Notes: generated by a model from the letters alone, not told the origin. DNA of 64,000 bases from an uncultured Methanosarcinales archaeon (GCA_964637115.1 CAZWVL010000007.1:13041-77040), one strand, 5' to 3'. Positions 8,581-18,844 are shown, counted from the first letter of the stretch. A program made the numbers and translations.

Positions 8581-9312
8581 ATGACAAAAGTGCTAACAGA
8601 CAGAGTTGAAGAAACGTACAAACTGGTGTTTGGCGACACAATTGCAGAACCAGACCGGGAAAGAATCAATTTCTTACGAGATGTTGTAACGGGCGAAGTT
8701 GACTATGAAGGCAATCGATTGCAGCTGGAAGCAGCTGACGACGTTGTAAAACAGGAAAAAAATGAATTGATAAATAAAGTTCAGAAAATAAAAGTAAAGA
8801 AAGAAAAAGACTTGATGCTGGATGAAATCGCAAGTCTTGATGACACGTTGAAAACATATGACGCAGTCAGGGCAATGCGCGAATGGTACTTGCAAGCAGA
8901 ATACAATGATAGGGACGAAGCGAAATTAAAGGCGATTTCACCGCTTCACATAGCAGGGCTCATCCAGATATGTGAATCATTCTACGACTGCCTTGAAGTG
9001 CTGCACAAGCAGCGAATCCAATCGCTAATTCAGACACTTGATGACGCCTTCAAGACAAAAAAATACCGTGACGCCGTCATCAGTTCACGCGCAGATCAAT
9101 TGCTTGCAAAAAAAGTTCCAGAGCTGACTGAAGCTGTTATAACACGAATGATTCCATACCATGACCACTTAAGAGAACTGCTCGATAAAGCAGTTGAGAC
9201 AGGCAACGAACGCGCGTTAAAACGTGCAGCTGTGCGGTTGAACGACACCGGCGTACCGAGCCTCATCAAATACGCTCAAGAACGAATGAAAACATACAAG
9301 GCACAAACATGA
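8581..9312 (+). CDS. Hypothetical helical/coiled-coil protein, 243 aa
   Basis: Long ORF. Its stop overlaps the next start (ATGA). Confidence 0.65.
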   Translation: MTKVLTDRVEETYKLVFGDTIAEPDRERINFLRDVVTGEVDYEGNRLQLEAADDVVKQEKNELINKVQKIKVKKEKDLMLDEIASLDDTLKTYDAVRAMREWYLQAEYNDRDEAKLKAISPLHIAGLIQICESFYDCLEVLHKQRIQSLIQTLDDAFKTKKYRDAVISSRADQLLAKKVPELTEAVITRMIPYHDHLRELLDKAVETGNERALKRAAVRLNDTGVPSLIKYAQERMKTYKAQT

Positions 9313-9554
9313 AAGACGCATTTGTGATGGGATTAGATGGAAAATTGGAGAAGCACGAGATTGAAGAAACAGCGGACGGAGAACTTGTGGAAAAAATGGG
9401 CCGTGGAAAGAAGATAGCCATTGCTGTTCTGCTCCTAGCAATGATAGGAGGAGGCATTAAGGCATACTTCAGCAGCCAGCCAGCACAACCGCGCACAGAA
9501 TACAGGGAAAACCAAAGCCATCAGACAGGGCAAGAATACTCCGCCAAGAAATAA
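9309..9554 (+). CDS. Small single-pass membrane protein, 81 aa
   Basis: KKIAIAVLLLAMIGGGIKAYF transmembrane segment. Translationally coupled to 8581-9312. Confidence 0.5.
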   Translation: MKDAFVMGLDGKLEKHEIEETADGELVEKMGRGKKIAIAVLLLAMIGGGIKAYFSSQPAQPRTEYRENQSHQTGQEYSAKK

Positions 9555-9555
9555 A

Positions 9556-9705
9556 TTACTTCAAAAGTGTCTTCCTTTTCTCTATAGGCATTTCTCTCAA
9601 TCTAATCTGCTCGTCCAGATGGTCGAGAATTATGTTAGTGTCTAATGTCTTTAGATCAAGAAATTTGTCTGCGAGCTTTAATTCTGGTCTAAGTTTTTTG
9701 TTCAT
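9556..9705 (-). CDS. Small hypothetical protein, 49 aa
   Basis: ATG at 9705 is exactly 23 nt from TATA tatataaa at 9728-9735, so the 64-aa track ORF is trimmed. Confidence 0.45.
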   Translation of the reverse strand: MNKKLRPELKLADKFLDLKTLDTNIILDHLDEQIRLREMPIEKRKTLLK

Positions 9706-9775
9706 ATTAGCATTAGAACAGCCGAAGTATATAAATCGTGTTATTGTCACCTTAGAGTAGTTACAGAGCGAAAGG

Positions 9776-9783
9776 TTTAAATA
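9776..9783 (+). promoter_or_regulatory. TATA box (tttaaata) 26 nt upstream of the kinase ATG at 9809
   Basis: aaggtttaaatagcc; near-leaderless geometry. Confidence 0.55.
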
Positions 9784-9808
9784 GCCACATTAATTGCCTA
9801 TTATTGAT

Positions 9809-11590
9809 ATGACTCACACATCCCTTAAAGAGCCTGATATTTTGAACAGCACAATTGACGGCTTCAAAGTATTGGAGAAAATAGGCCAGGGCAGATTCTG
9901 CAAAGTGTATAAGGTACAAAGCCCAGGCCTCAAAAACAACTTTTCAGCATTAAAAGTATTCCATCAAGGCACGCCTCTTTACCGCCAAGTAGCCCAATCA
10001 GAAGCAGAAATCCTTGACCAGTTAGACCATCCAAACATAATCAAAATACAGCACGCAAATCCTGCATCGGAATTACCCTATATGTTTGTTGAATTTGCAC
10101 CGGAAACATTACGCAACAGAATGAACAAGAAACCCAATCCATTCTACAGCTATGATACTCAAAATCCGGCCGCGGTTAACTATGAGCCCGTATTACGCTT
10201 CACTTCACAAGTCCTTGATGCACTTACACATGCCCATTCACGCGGCGTTGTACACAGAGACATCAAGCCAACCAATATTCTTGTAGGCAGAACCGGCTCT
10301 GCAAAACTCACTGACTTCAACCTTGGCAGCAAAATGACCTTAGAACAGGCAGGACTTGCAGAAGAAATTGAGACTTCTGACATTGAACTTTCAAATGTGG
10401 TTGCTTTAAGCAAAGAAAAGCTGTCGCTACAGGGCGGCACTGAAGGCTACCGTGCTCCAGAACAAATACGCGGAGAAAAAGAGATTGGACCGCGCACAGA
10501 CATCTACCAAGTTGGAGTTGTTTTATATGAAATATTAACCGGCCAATTGCCGCAGGGAAAATACAAGCCAGTATCACAGATTAATCCAGCTGTTCCGAAA
10601 GCGCTGGACGAGATAATTGGCATTGCACTTGAACCAGACCAACGTGACAGATACGTCAAGGCAGAGGACATGAAAAAAATGCTTGAGAAAGTTCTGGCTG
10701 GCGAATTAGTGCAGGGTGGCAAACGATTCGGATTTCTTGGAAAATCAAAAGCAAGCGAAATTGAAGAAGAGAAACGGCGCATCAAAAACGCACAAGAAAA
10801 TTTTGAGAAAGGGATAAGAGACACAGAGGACTCGGCGCAACGTGCGAAACGGGATGCGGATTATTCAGAACGCCAGGCATTGCAATGGAAAGAAGAAGAG
10901 GAACGCAGAAAAAAAGCAAATGAAGAGACTGCACGACAGGCTCAGGAAAAAAAGACGAAACTTGAACAAATTGTTAGCGAGTTCAGGGCGAATGCTTCTG
11001 GATTTATCGCATATTTGAGCGATGAGGGATTATTTGAAATACTGCCGGCGAAAGACGCTGGACAAAAAAAAGCAACAAAAGTCATCGATGTAGAAGTTGA
11101 ACCAACAGCAATTAAGGCATTCTTGGCATCCAGAGATGGAACGACATTCTATGTTATCAGCCAGTATCATGAAAAAGACCCGAATGACAGGCATGGCCCC
11201 TCGATAAAGAAATACAAAATCGCCAGCCTTGAATATGACGGCAAAGAAGTCAAGACAAAAAATGAAGGCAATGTTCCAAGCATGCACAAAGCATTCATAT
11301 CAGGAAACAAATTGTACATACAGACCAATGATAAAAAAGACTGGTATGCATGCGAACCTGGCAAGGACTTAGAAAAGAAAACAGCCATAATGATGGAATT
11401 TGAACGAATTCGTGAATCACCAGATGGAAAATACAAAGTAATTGATGCCCATGAAAACAGCAACATCAGCAGACAATACGGCTTCATCAAGATTACTTCA
11501 GCTAAAGGAGAAGAAATTGCAGAACTGGGTGCTGGCAGTTTCCCCTGCTGGCTTGCATCTCTGCCAGGACAAAATGAAAAAGCAAGGTGA
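9809..11590 (+). CDS. Eukaryotic-like Ser/Thr protein kinase with coiled-coil and about 200-aa C-terminal domain
   Basis: GQGRFCKVYK..ALKV, HRDIKPTNILV, DFNLG, GTEGYRAPE. E/K/R-rich segment, then an uncharacterised C-terminal region. Confidence 0.85.
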   Translation: MTHTSLKEPDILNSTIDGFKVLEKIGQGRFCKVYKVQSPGLKNNFSALKVFHQGTPLYRQVAQSEAEILDQLDHPNIIKIQHANPASELPYMFVEFAPETLRNRMNKKPNPFYSYDTQNPAAVNYEPVLRFTSQVLDALTHAHSRGVVHRDIKPTNILVGRTGSAKLTDFNLGSKMTLEQAGLAEEIETSDIELSNVVALSKEKLSLQGGTEGYRAPEQIRGEKEIGPRTDIYQVGVVLYEILTGQLPQGKYKPVSQINPAVPKALDEIIGIALEPDQRDRYVKAEDMKKMLEKVLAGELVQGGKRFGFLGKSKASEIEEEKRRIKNAQENFEKGIRDTEDSAQRAKRDADYSERQALQWKEEEERRKKANEETARQAQEKKTKLEQIVSEFRANASGFIAYLSDEGLFEILPAKDAGQKKATKVIDVEVEPTAIKAFLASRDGTTFYVISQYHEKDPNDRHGPSIKKYKIASLEYDGKEVKTKNEGNVPSMHKAFISGNKLYIQTNDKKDWYACEPGKDLEKKTAIMMEFERIRESPDGKYKVIDAHENSNISRQYGFIKITSAKGEEIAELGAGSFPCWLASLPGQNEKAR

Positions 11591-11648
11591 ACTCAGATCT
11601 TGCAATGATTCCGATGCAAATAAATATACAAACGTATTACCAACACAT

Positions 11649-11975
11649 ATGTACATTGCCAGAAAAATATATGAGGGTGTGAAAGCAATTCCGGCATCTG
11701 TTTATGAGATAGCATTTTCTGCAGGCGTGATTGCTTTTGCATCATTTATGGCAATGCGCAGCCCTTCAGAGCTTGAAAGAAAAGTTGTTGAACAAAAACC
11801 TGTTGCGCCGGCCGGAGGAGGAGGCGGAGGCTCTTACGGACCAAAAGCATGCCCGCCAATCCTGAATGGAAATTTTGGCACACTTGATTATGGCGATTTC
11901 GACAGGGAAAAAAATAATTCAATCCTGATACCTGAAAAACTCAAAGCTTCGCTCTTACAGCCTTCTCAGAAATAA
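11649..11975 (+). CDS. Small membrane-anchored hypothetical protein with a Gly6 tract (108 aa)
   Basis: ATG at 11649 is about 21-23 nt after aataaatata. TM segment IAFSAGVIAFASFMAM. The 3' end overlaps the convergent ZPR1 gene. Weak call. Confidence 0.35.
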   Translation: MYIARKIYEGVKAIPASVYEIAFSAGVIAFASFMAMRSPSELERKVVEQKPVAPAGGGGGGSYGPKACPPILNGNFGTLDYGDFDREKNNSILIPEKLKASLLQPSQK

Positions 11976-12465
11976 TTGCCGAGTTACCAGTCGGGTCTTC
12001 AATAACAATCTTGAGTTTTTCGCTTCCCCACAACACGTTCTGAAGCTTTTTCAAAAGATTCTTTGCCTTTTTCTTGTCGTCATCATCTTCAGCAGTATCG
12101 CGCAAAACTTCAATCTGCTTCTTGAACTTTTCAATGATGCCTTCAATGTTTGAAACAAAGCCCTCTGCATTAGGGCCGGGCTCAATTGAGCCTACGTGTG
12201 GAATCTTTACAATGCCTTCGCTGCTTCTTACAACTCTAACTCCAAGATCATCTTTTCCATTAACTTCAAAAGTGAACCTGCACGGCTCCTTATGCTCTGC
12301 AGCCTCAACATCAGCCTTATGATAATGACAGGCATCGCAGTGCATGCTAAAGAGAAAGATTTTGCCGAAAAAAGGAACTTCTGACTCACCTTCAGTCAGA
12401 GTAAGCTCTTTCTTCCCGCACATCGGGCACTGCTGTCCACCTAATGATTCTGTTTTATCGGGCAT
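11941..12465 (-). CDS. ZPR1-type zinc-finger protein
   Basis: CPMCGKK..(28 aa)..CDACHY plus the downstream beta-rich ZPR1 pattern. ATG at 12465 is 23 nt from TATA 12488-12495. Confidence 0.75.
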   Translation of the reverse strand: MPDKTESLGGQQCPMCGKKELTLTEGESEVPFFGKIFLFSMHCDACHYHKADVEAAEHKEPCRFTFEVNGKDDLGVRVVRSSEGIVKIPHVGSIEPGPNAEGFVSNIEGIIEKFKKQIEVLRDTAEDDDDKKKAKNLLKKLQNVLWGSEKLKIVIEDPTGNSAIISEKAVRAKL

Positions 12466-12487
12466 ACTCTTGACAAGCAGGATAAGT

Positions 12488-12495
12488 TTTAAAAA
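12488..12495 (-). promoter_or_regulatory. TATA box (tttaaaaa) 23 nt upstream of leaderless ATG at 12465
   Basis: Fixed spacing. Confidence 0.6.
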
Positions 12496-12564
12496 GCTTT
12501 CGAGGAATGGGTTCCTCGAGAACCCGCCGAAAATGAAATTTTCGGCGATGCTTTTGTAGTAACA

Positions 12565-12572
12565 TTTATAAT
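12565..12572 (+). promoter_or_regulatory. TATA box (tttataat) 23 nt upstream of leaderless ATG at 12595
   Basis: Fixed spacing. Confidence 0.6.
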
Positions 12573-12594
12573 AAGGAAAAAAGAGGAACATCGC

Positions 12595-13185
12595 ATGCCA
12601 TTAAGGTTTTCACGAAAAGAGAAGATAACTGAAGCTCCGGAACTGTTTGAACCGATAACACCCAACGACTTTGAAAAAAAGCTGGAATCATGGGAAGTTA
12701 TCACGCTAAGACTTCTACAGAATATCAGTAAAGTTCTCAAACGAACTGATGATTTTCAAATACTAGTCAAGGAAGGCACTGTGAATGGAGCGGAAATGAG
12801 GGCATACTTTGTAAATAACCTGCAGCAGCCATTGGAAGACTACCAGAAAACGATTTACGCATCTTACAAAGTATTTCTTCAGACAATCAAAGTCCAGCTG
12901 GCGAGATTTCCAGAAACAAGCGAGCTGGCAGCAGAAGCAGAAGCTGAGTTCAGATCACTTAAACATTTTGACATAAATGCACAAATAATCATATCAGTAT
13001 GCGCAAACATATTCAAACAGTCGAGCAACCTTGAAGAGCAATTGAACGGATTGCGACAAGTATTCAAAACACGCCTTTCGGAAATGCAGAAACAAATAAC
13101 CAGACAGCACGAAAATATGCACGAACTTCTTGAAAAACTACGGGCTGCAAAAGCAAAACTCGGCCAGGAATTGATCGGAGTATAA
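12595..13185 (+). CDS. Hypothetical all-helical protein, 196 aa, immediately upstream of the Rad50-like gene
   Basis: Long ORF with predicted helical/coiled-coil character. No phosphoesterase (Mre11) motifs. Confidence 0.65.
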   Translation: MPLRFSRKEKITEAPELFEPITPNDFEKKLESWEVITLRLLQNISKVLKRTDDFQILVKEGTVNGAEMRAYFVNNLQQPLEDYQKTIYASYKVFLQTIKVQLARFPETSELAAEAEAEFRSLKHFDINAQIIISVCANIFKQSSNLEEQLNGLRQVFKTRLSEMQKQITRQHENMHELLEKLRAAKAKLGQELIGV

Positions 13186-13241
13186 CTGCTCTATCTAAAT
13201 ATTTAATAATGATTAGAAAACATTCTAAGTAAAGGGTGGGT

Positions 13242-15299
13242 ATGCAGCTAGTTTCGTTAAGTCTGAGAAATGTACGCAGTTATACCGGTGTTAAGATAGA
13301 TTTTCCTACGGGAATTGTGATGCTTTCCGGAGACATTGGAAGCGGAAAAAGCACGATACTTCTGGCAATTGAATTTGCACTGTTTGGACTGCTGAGAGGG
13401 GAGTTATCAGGCAATGCATTGCTGAGAAACGGAACAAATGAAGGATTCGTAGAACTTACGTTCAAACTGGGAGAGAATACTTACGCAATCAAGAGAACGC
13501 TGGTCAGAACAAAAAAGTCTGTAGAACAGGATGCCGGATATCTTCTTGTGAATGGAGTGAAAAAAGACGCAACTGCAGTAGAACTCAAGAGCCACATACT
13601 GGATTTACTGGGCTATCCGCAGGAATTGCTCACTAAAAGCAAAAATTTCGTCTTCAGATACACAGTTTACACGCCACAAGAAGAAATGAAAAGAATCCTG
13701 ATGGAAGACAAGGAAGACAGAGTTGCAATACTGAGAAAAGTGTTCGGAGTGGACAAGTACGAACGGATAACACAGAATGCTTCAAGCTACGCAAAAGTGC
13801 TCAGAGAACAACAAAGAGCATTCAACGCATTATTGGCGGACGTTGAAGAGAAAAAGAAATTAGCAGAAGAAACAAAGAAAGAGAAAGAAGACGCCAGTGA
13901 AGAGCTGAAAGCATTGCTGCCGCAGGTCGAACAGGCAAGGACAAAAATGACAGACGCAAAAAAACAACTGATTTTGATAGAACAGCAAAGAAAACAAGCA
14001 GAAACCCTAGAAAGAGAAGTACAAGTAGCCAAGACGCAATTAATTTCAAAACAACAGCAGAACAAGCAAGTGCAAAATGACCTTGCTGCAGTAAGCCAGC
14101 AATTGCTTGCAGCACAAAAAGAACTTCCGAAACAAACAGATACAAACGGCATTACAAAAAGAACTGTTGAAATAAATCAGCTTGTTGTGGACAAGGAAAA
14201 ACAGATAAGACAAGCAACAGTAAAGATAGCTGAACTAAGCACGCTCAAAAAACAATCGGCAGACACTACACAAAAAATCTCTGTTCTTGCACAATGCCCC
14301 ACATGCCTGCAGAACGTCACATCTGACCACAAACACGCAATCATCAGCACAGAACAGAAAAAAATGCAGGAATTAGACACACACCTCGAACAACACACAA
14401 TTCTAATCAGGAAATCAGAACAAGACCTATTGCAGTTCAAGAAAGAACTTGAGCAGCTAAGACAGCAGGAAAAAGAAGCAGCAGTTGTAAAAATAAAAAT
14501 ACAACACGCAGAAGAATTGGCAAAGAGAAAAATTGGTCTTGAAATGCATGTTACGACAAGTACTGCAGATATACAAATCACGAACGGAAAAATAGCACAA
14601 TTGGAACAACAATTTGCGCCGTTGAAAGACATTAATACTATTTATGATAAATTAAGAGAACAAACAGAAACGTTTTCAGCACAAGAGAGAACATTCAGCA
14701 TACAGCATTCAACTCTATTCCAGAAAGAACAGCATCTAGCAAGGACGCTATTGTTACTAGAGCAGGAATTAGAGAGAAAACAGAAAACAAGGAAGCAACT
14801 GGAAAAAACACAGCACGTCCACCAATGGGTAACGGACTACTTCGTGCCCTTAATGGACGTAATGGAAAAGCACGTCATGGCCAAAATTCATCACGAATTT
14901 GACGCACTTTTCCAGCAATGGTTCGGAATGCTGGTAGAAGATATTATGACTGCAAGACTGGATGAGACATTCACGCCAATCATACAGCAAAATGGATACG
15001 ATACTGAAGTTGAACATCTTTCTGGAGGCGAAAGAACAGCGTGTGCACTTGCGTATAGATTGGCATTGAATAAGACAATAAATTCGCTCATAAATTCCAT
15101 CAAGACAAAAGATTTACTGATACTGGATGAACCAACAGACGGATTCTCAGCAGAACAACTGGACAGGATGAGAGATGTTCTTGAACAATTGCACTTGAGG
15201 CAGATACTGATCGTCAGCCACGAACAAAAAATAGAAAGCTTTGCAGACAGGGTAATAAGAGTCTCGAAAGCAGAACACGCGAGCCAGATAAGTTTTTAA
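13242..15299 (+). CDS. rad50: Rad50/SbcC-like SMC ATPase with zinc hook (GTG at 13236 is an alternative start)
   Basis: Walker A GDIGSGKST, long coiled coil, central CPTC hook, signature LSGGERTA, Walker B LLILDEPT, D-loop/His SHEQ. Confidence 0.85.
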   Translation: MQLVSLSLRNVRSYTGVKIDFPTGIVMLSGDIGSGKSTILLAIEFALFGLLRGELSGNALLRNGTNEGFVELTFKLGENTYAIKRTLVRTKKSVEQDAGYLLVNGVKKDATAVELKSHILDLLGYPQELLTKSKNFVFRYTVYTPQEEMKRILMEDKEDRVAILRKVFGVDKYERITQNASSYAKVLREQQRAFNALLADVEEKKKLAEETKKEKEDASEELKALLPQVEQARTKMTDAKKQLILIEQQRKQAETLEREVQVAKTQLISKQQQNKQVQNDLAAVSQQLLAAQKELPKQTDTNGITKRTVEINQLVVDKEKQIRQATVKIAELSTLKKQSADTTQKISVLAQCPTCLQNVTSDHKHAIISTEQKKMQELDTHLEQHTILIRKSEQDLLQFKKELEQLRQQEKEAAVVKIKIQHAEELAKRKIGLEMHVTTSTADIQITNGKIAQLEQQFAPLKDINTIYDKLREQTETFSAQERTFSIQHSTLFQKEQHLARTLLLLEQELERKQKTRKQLEKTQHVHQWVTDYFVPLMDVMEKHVMAKIHHEFDALFQQWFGMLVEDIMTARLDETFTPIIQQNGYDTEVEHLSGGERTACALAYRLALNKTINSLINSIKTKDLLILDEPTDGFSAEQLDRMRDVLEQLHLRQILIVSHEQKIESFADRVIRVSKAEHASQISF

Positions 15300-15322
15300 C
15301 ATAGCAGATTTTCTTCCAACAC

Positions 15323-15823
15323 ATGTTCCACCACTGGATAGCGCTTGCATTCTTTGCGCTGTTCGCGCTTGCAGGAGTTGTGCTGACAATCGCAGGAATT
15401 GGAGGCACGTTTCTTGTTTTAGCAGGAGCGCTCATTTACAATCTAATCACCTGGTCAATGACTGTTTCAGGCACTACACTATTGTGGCTTTTGGGACTAG
15501 CCGTTCTTGGAGAAGTACTGGAATGGTTGTTTACACTTATCGGCGTAAAAGCAGGAGTTTCAAAATGCGGAATAATAGGCACGGTCATAGGAGCAATCAT
15601 TGGAGCGATGCTATTGAGCATAATCCCAATAATCGGAACAATCATAGGATTCTTCTTAGGAGCCATTGTCGGAGCATTTGTTGGAGAATATCTGCACACA
15701 AAACACGCAAAGAAAGCCTGGAAAGCAGCAAAGGCAGCATTCTTAGGAAGAGTATTGGCAAGCCTGAGCAAATTTATTCTTGCAGTAATACAGATAGTTA
15801 TTGTGGTGAGAGAAGTTTTCTAA
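15323..15823 (+). CDS. DUF456-like small polytopic membrane protein
   Basis: Four hydrophobic segments and Gly-rich GxxxG stretches (IGAIIGAMLLSIIPIIGTIIGFFLGAIVGAFVG). Confidence 0.65.
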   Translation: MFHHWIALAFFALFALAGVVLTIAGIGGTFLVLAGALIYNLITWSMTVSGTTLLWLLGLAVLGEVLEWLFTLIGVKAGVSKCGIIGTVIGAIIGAMLLSIIPIIGTIIGFFLGAIVGAFVGEYLHTKHAKKAWKAAKAAFLGRVLASLSKFILAVIQIVIVVREVF

Positions 15824-16558
15824 TTATTTCGGCAATTCAAGTGTGTAAACAGTATCTTCCACGTGCTTTTTCCACTCAAAAAGCTTTGCTCTTGGGTCGT
15901 CTGCAGGATACGGACGGTGCAGGCACTTTACAAAAGTATTTGCGACAGTCTTGAAGCCCTTTGCCCTTGCGTCAACAAAAAAAGCCATGTCCTCGCCGCC
16001 AGTTGCAGAATTATCAAAAGTGCGGAAAGAAATTTCCTTCAAAACTTTCTTTGAGATTAATGTGCAGCCAAGGCCGGCAGCGCCGATTTCCAAAACTTGC
16101 TGCTTGGCAGCACCTTCATAAGTGTATAATTGGCACTGACCATTGCCGATATCTTTGAACAAGACTGGCGCGACAACCGGCTTGCCATCAATCTGGAAAA
16201 CACTCAAATAGGCACCGGCAACAACATCATACTTGGTTGCCAGCAACGCTTCTAATGTCCTTGGATGAATCAAGACATCGCTGTCAAGAAACAAAAGATA
16301 ATCATAATCGTTCTTCAAAGCGTGGTCGCGAATGTAATTCCTGCCGTTCACAATCTTTTCAATTCTGGTTTTGGCGGGCTTCGGGTCTTCAACAGCTTTC
16401 CAGTTCTTGGAGCGGATTAAAGCAGCGTAAGCTGATTCACCGTTATTAACTACAAAGAGAATATCTGCCTTGACTGTCTGCCTGCCCAGACATTGAAGAA
16501 ATTCATCAAGACAATAACGCTGCTTGCCATAAGTCACGATGCCGATAAGGACTTTCAT
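15824..16558 (-). CDS. Family 2 glycosyltransferase
   Basis: IGIVTYGK.., FVVNNG, LFLDSDV (DxD). ATG at 16558 chosen over the upstream TTG. Confidence 0.8.
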   Translation of the reverse strand: MKVLIGIVTYGKQRYCLDEFLQCLGRQTVKADILFVVNNGESAYAALIRSKNWKAVEDPKPAKTRIEKIVNGRNYIRDHALKNDYDYLLFLDSDVLIHPRTLEALLATKYDVVAGAYLSVFQIDGKPVVAPVLFKDIGNGQCQLYTYEGAAKQQVLEIGAAGLGCTLISKKVLKEISFRTFDNSATGGEDMAFFVDARAKGFKTVANTFVKCLHRPYPADDPRAKLFEWKKHVEDTVYTLELPK

Positions 16559-16721
16559 GCAGAATGCTTTCAATGACAGGGTTTTAATCTTTTCGTTCAG
16601 CTTTAGTTACTAGACTGGAGTAATTTAATAATTATCTTCAATATGGAAAATAATTACTTTTCGTCAAAAAATTTAAATACACAACACCATAGAGAAAATA
16701 AATCAAAAAGGGGAGTATTGG

Positions 16722-18812
16722 ATGGGGCGCATACAAAAAGTCAGGAAAAGGGACGGCAGCACAGAGCAATTCCAGCCAGGAAAAATAGAAATAGCGGTTG
16801 GAAAAGCACTTGCTTCCGTAGGCAGAAAAGACAAAGGCCTGTCAAAGAAATTAGCTGCACAAGTAGTCAAGGAACTAGAAAAACATTTTACCTTGAAAGT
16901 AATTCCCGCAGTGGAAGACATACAAGACATTGTTGAAGAAGTCTTGCTGAAGAACAGACTAACGGACGTTGCAAAATCATTCATCATCTACCGAGCGCAG
17001 CACAAAGAAATCAGGGAATTCAAAACATTTCTTGGCGTACGCGATGAATTAAAATTAACACCAAACGCGATAAAAGTCCTTGCATCGCGCTACTTATTAC
17101 GCGATGAAAAAGGCAACATCACAGAAACACCTGCGCGGCTTTTTAGAAGAGTAGCAAAAGCAGTTGCGGCAGCGGATGCCCTTTACAAGAAAGGCGCTTT
17201 GAAAAGAACAGAAGAAGAATTTTATTCAATTCTCTCAAATCTGGAGTTTATACCAAACACTCCAACATTAATGAATGCGGGAGCGCCAGTAGGGCAGCTA
17301 AGCGCGTGCTTTGTTCTTCCAGTAGGCGATTCACTCGTAGAGATATTTGATGCGCTAAAGTACACGGCCCAAATCCAGCAGAGTGGTGGAGGCACTGGAT
17401 TTTCATTCTCACACTTAAGACCTAGAGGCGACATAGTCAAAAGCACAAAAGGCGTCGCTTCAGGACCAATAAGCTTCATGCGCGTATTTGACATGACAAC
17501 AGAAATATTGAAGCAGGGTGGAAAAAGAAGAGGAGCCAATATGGGAATTCTAAAGTGCGATCACCCGGACATTATTGATTTCATCACAGCAAAAAGCAGG
17601 GAAGACATGCTCCAAAACTTCAACATCTCGGTAGCTGCAACTGATTCCTTTATGGAAGCAGTGCAGAAAGGACACGAATATGACTTGGTTAATCCGCACA
17701 CCAAACAAAAAGTCAAACGCGTAAACGCTGCAGAAATATTTGATTTAATCGTCGCGAACGCCTGGCGAACAGGAGACCCAGGAATGATATTCATCGACGA
17801 GATAAACAGAAAGAATCCGACGGCAGCAACAGGACTAATTGAAAGCACAAATCCGTGCGGAGAACAGCCACTGCATCCATACGAAAGCTGCAATCTTGGG
17901 TCCATTAATCTGACAAACATGCTCAAGAACGGCAAAATGGACTGGGACAAATTCAAACAAACAATACACACTGCCGTGCACTTTTTAGATAACGTAATTG
18001 ACGTCAACAAGTATCCTCTGCCTCAAATTGAGATGGTTACAAAGGCAAACAGGCGCATTGGTCTTGGAGTAATGGGCTTTGCAGAGCTCTTGATAAACAT
18101 TGGAATACCATACGATTCAGACAAAGCAACACAATTTGGAGACAAGTTGATGAAATTCCTGAACGATGAATCCAGAAAGGCAAGTAATAAGCTCGGCGAA
18201 GAACGAGGAAGCTTCCCCAACTTTGAAAGAAGCACGTGGAAAGGAAAGTTCAAGGCAACACGCAATGCAACAGTAACAACCATTGCGCCAACCGGAACTA
18301 TTTCCATAATTGCAGGAGCAACATCAGGCATTGAACCATTATTTGCCGTTACTTTTGTACGCGACGTTCTTGAAGGGACGCATCTGCTGGAAGTAAATCC
18401 ATCATTTGAAAAGATTGCACGCAAAAGAGGCTTTTACTCAAAGTCATTAATGATGAAAATAGCCAAAACAGGCAAAGTTACCGGCTTAAAAGAAGTTCCA
18501 AGAGATGTTCAAAGATTGTTCAAGACAGCGCTTGAAATAAAACCAGAAACACACGTCAAAATGCAGGCAGCATTCCAAAAATTCTGCGACAACGCAGTCA
18601 GCAAGACAATCAACCTGCCAGCCACTGCAACGCCACAAGACATCAAGAAAGCATATTTGCTTGCCTACAAATTAAAGTGCAAAGGAATTACAGTTTACAG
18701 ATACGGCAGCAAAAAAGAGCAAGTTCTCTATATCGGCAAAGCGCCTGAAGAAATTGTTTCAGCCAAATCAGAATATGCCGGCGGGCATGTTTGTTTGGAG
18801 TGCATGTTCTAA
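16722..18812 (+). CDS. nrdJ: Class II (adenosylcobalamin-dependent) ribonucleotide reductase with N-terminal ATP-cone
   Basis: ATP-cone (KVRKRDGSTEQF..), TNPCGEQPL active-site loop, C-terminal Cys pair CLEC. TATA tttaaata at 16672-16679. Confidence 0.9.
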   Translation: MGRIQKVRKRDGSTEQFQPGKIEIAVGKALASVGRKDKGLSKKLAAQVVKELEKHFTLKVIPAVEDIQDIVEEVLLKNRLTDVAKSFIIYRAQHKEIREFKTFLGVRDELKLTPNAIKVLASRYLLRDEKGNITETPARLFRRVAKAVAAADALYKKGALKRTEEEFYSILSNLEFIPNTPTLMNAGAPVGQLSACFVLPVGDSLVEIFDALKYTAQIQQSGGGTGFSFSHLRPRGDIVKSTKGVASGPISFMRVFDMTTEILKQGGKRRGANMGILKCDHPDIIDFITAKSREDMLQNFNISVAATDSFMEAVQKGHEYDLVNPHTKQKVKRVNAAEIFDLIVANAWRTGDPGMIFIDEINRKNPTAATGLIESTNPCGEQPLHPYESCNLGSINLTNMLKNGKMDWDKFKQTIHTAVHFLDNVIDVNKYPLPQIEMVTKANRRIGLGVMGFAELLINIGIPYDSDKATQFGDKLMKFLNDESRKASNKLGEERGSFPNFERSTWKGKFKATRNATVTTIAPTGTISIIAGATSGIEPLFAVTFVRDVLEGTHLLEVNPSFEKIARKRGFYSKSLMMKIAKTGKVTGLKEVPRDVQRLFKTALEIKPETHVKMQAAFQKFCDNAVSKTINLPATATPQDIKKAYLLAYKLKCKGITVYRYGSKKEQVLYIGKAPEEIVSAKSEYAGGHVCLECMF

Positions 18813-18844
18813 AAGACCGTCTTAGAGGGTAGGGGTTTCTCACT

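Noticed and set aside
11800-11830. Gly6 run and GGAGGAGGAGGCGGAGG purine tract as a possible regulatory or repeat element
   Set aside because: It is a simple codon repeat inside a weak ORF, a single occurrence with no further structure.
13787-14632. Minus-strand ORFs (121, 107 and 151 aa) rich in Cys/Ser/Phe inside the Rad50-like gene
   Set aside because: They are low-complexity antisense products of the Lys/Glu/Gln-rich coiled-coil coding region.
15484-15954. 156-aa plus-strand ORF overlapping the DUF456-like gene in another frame
   Set aside because: The overlapped frame encodes a coherent 4-TM protein. This frame is Arg/Ser/His-rich with no signals and runs into the convergent GT2 gene.
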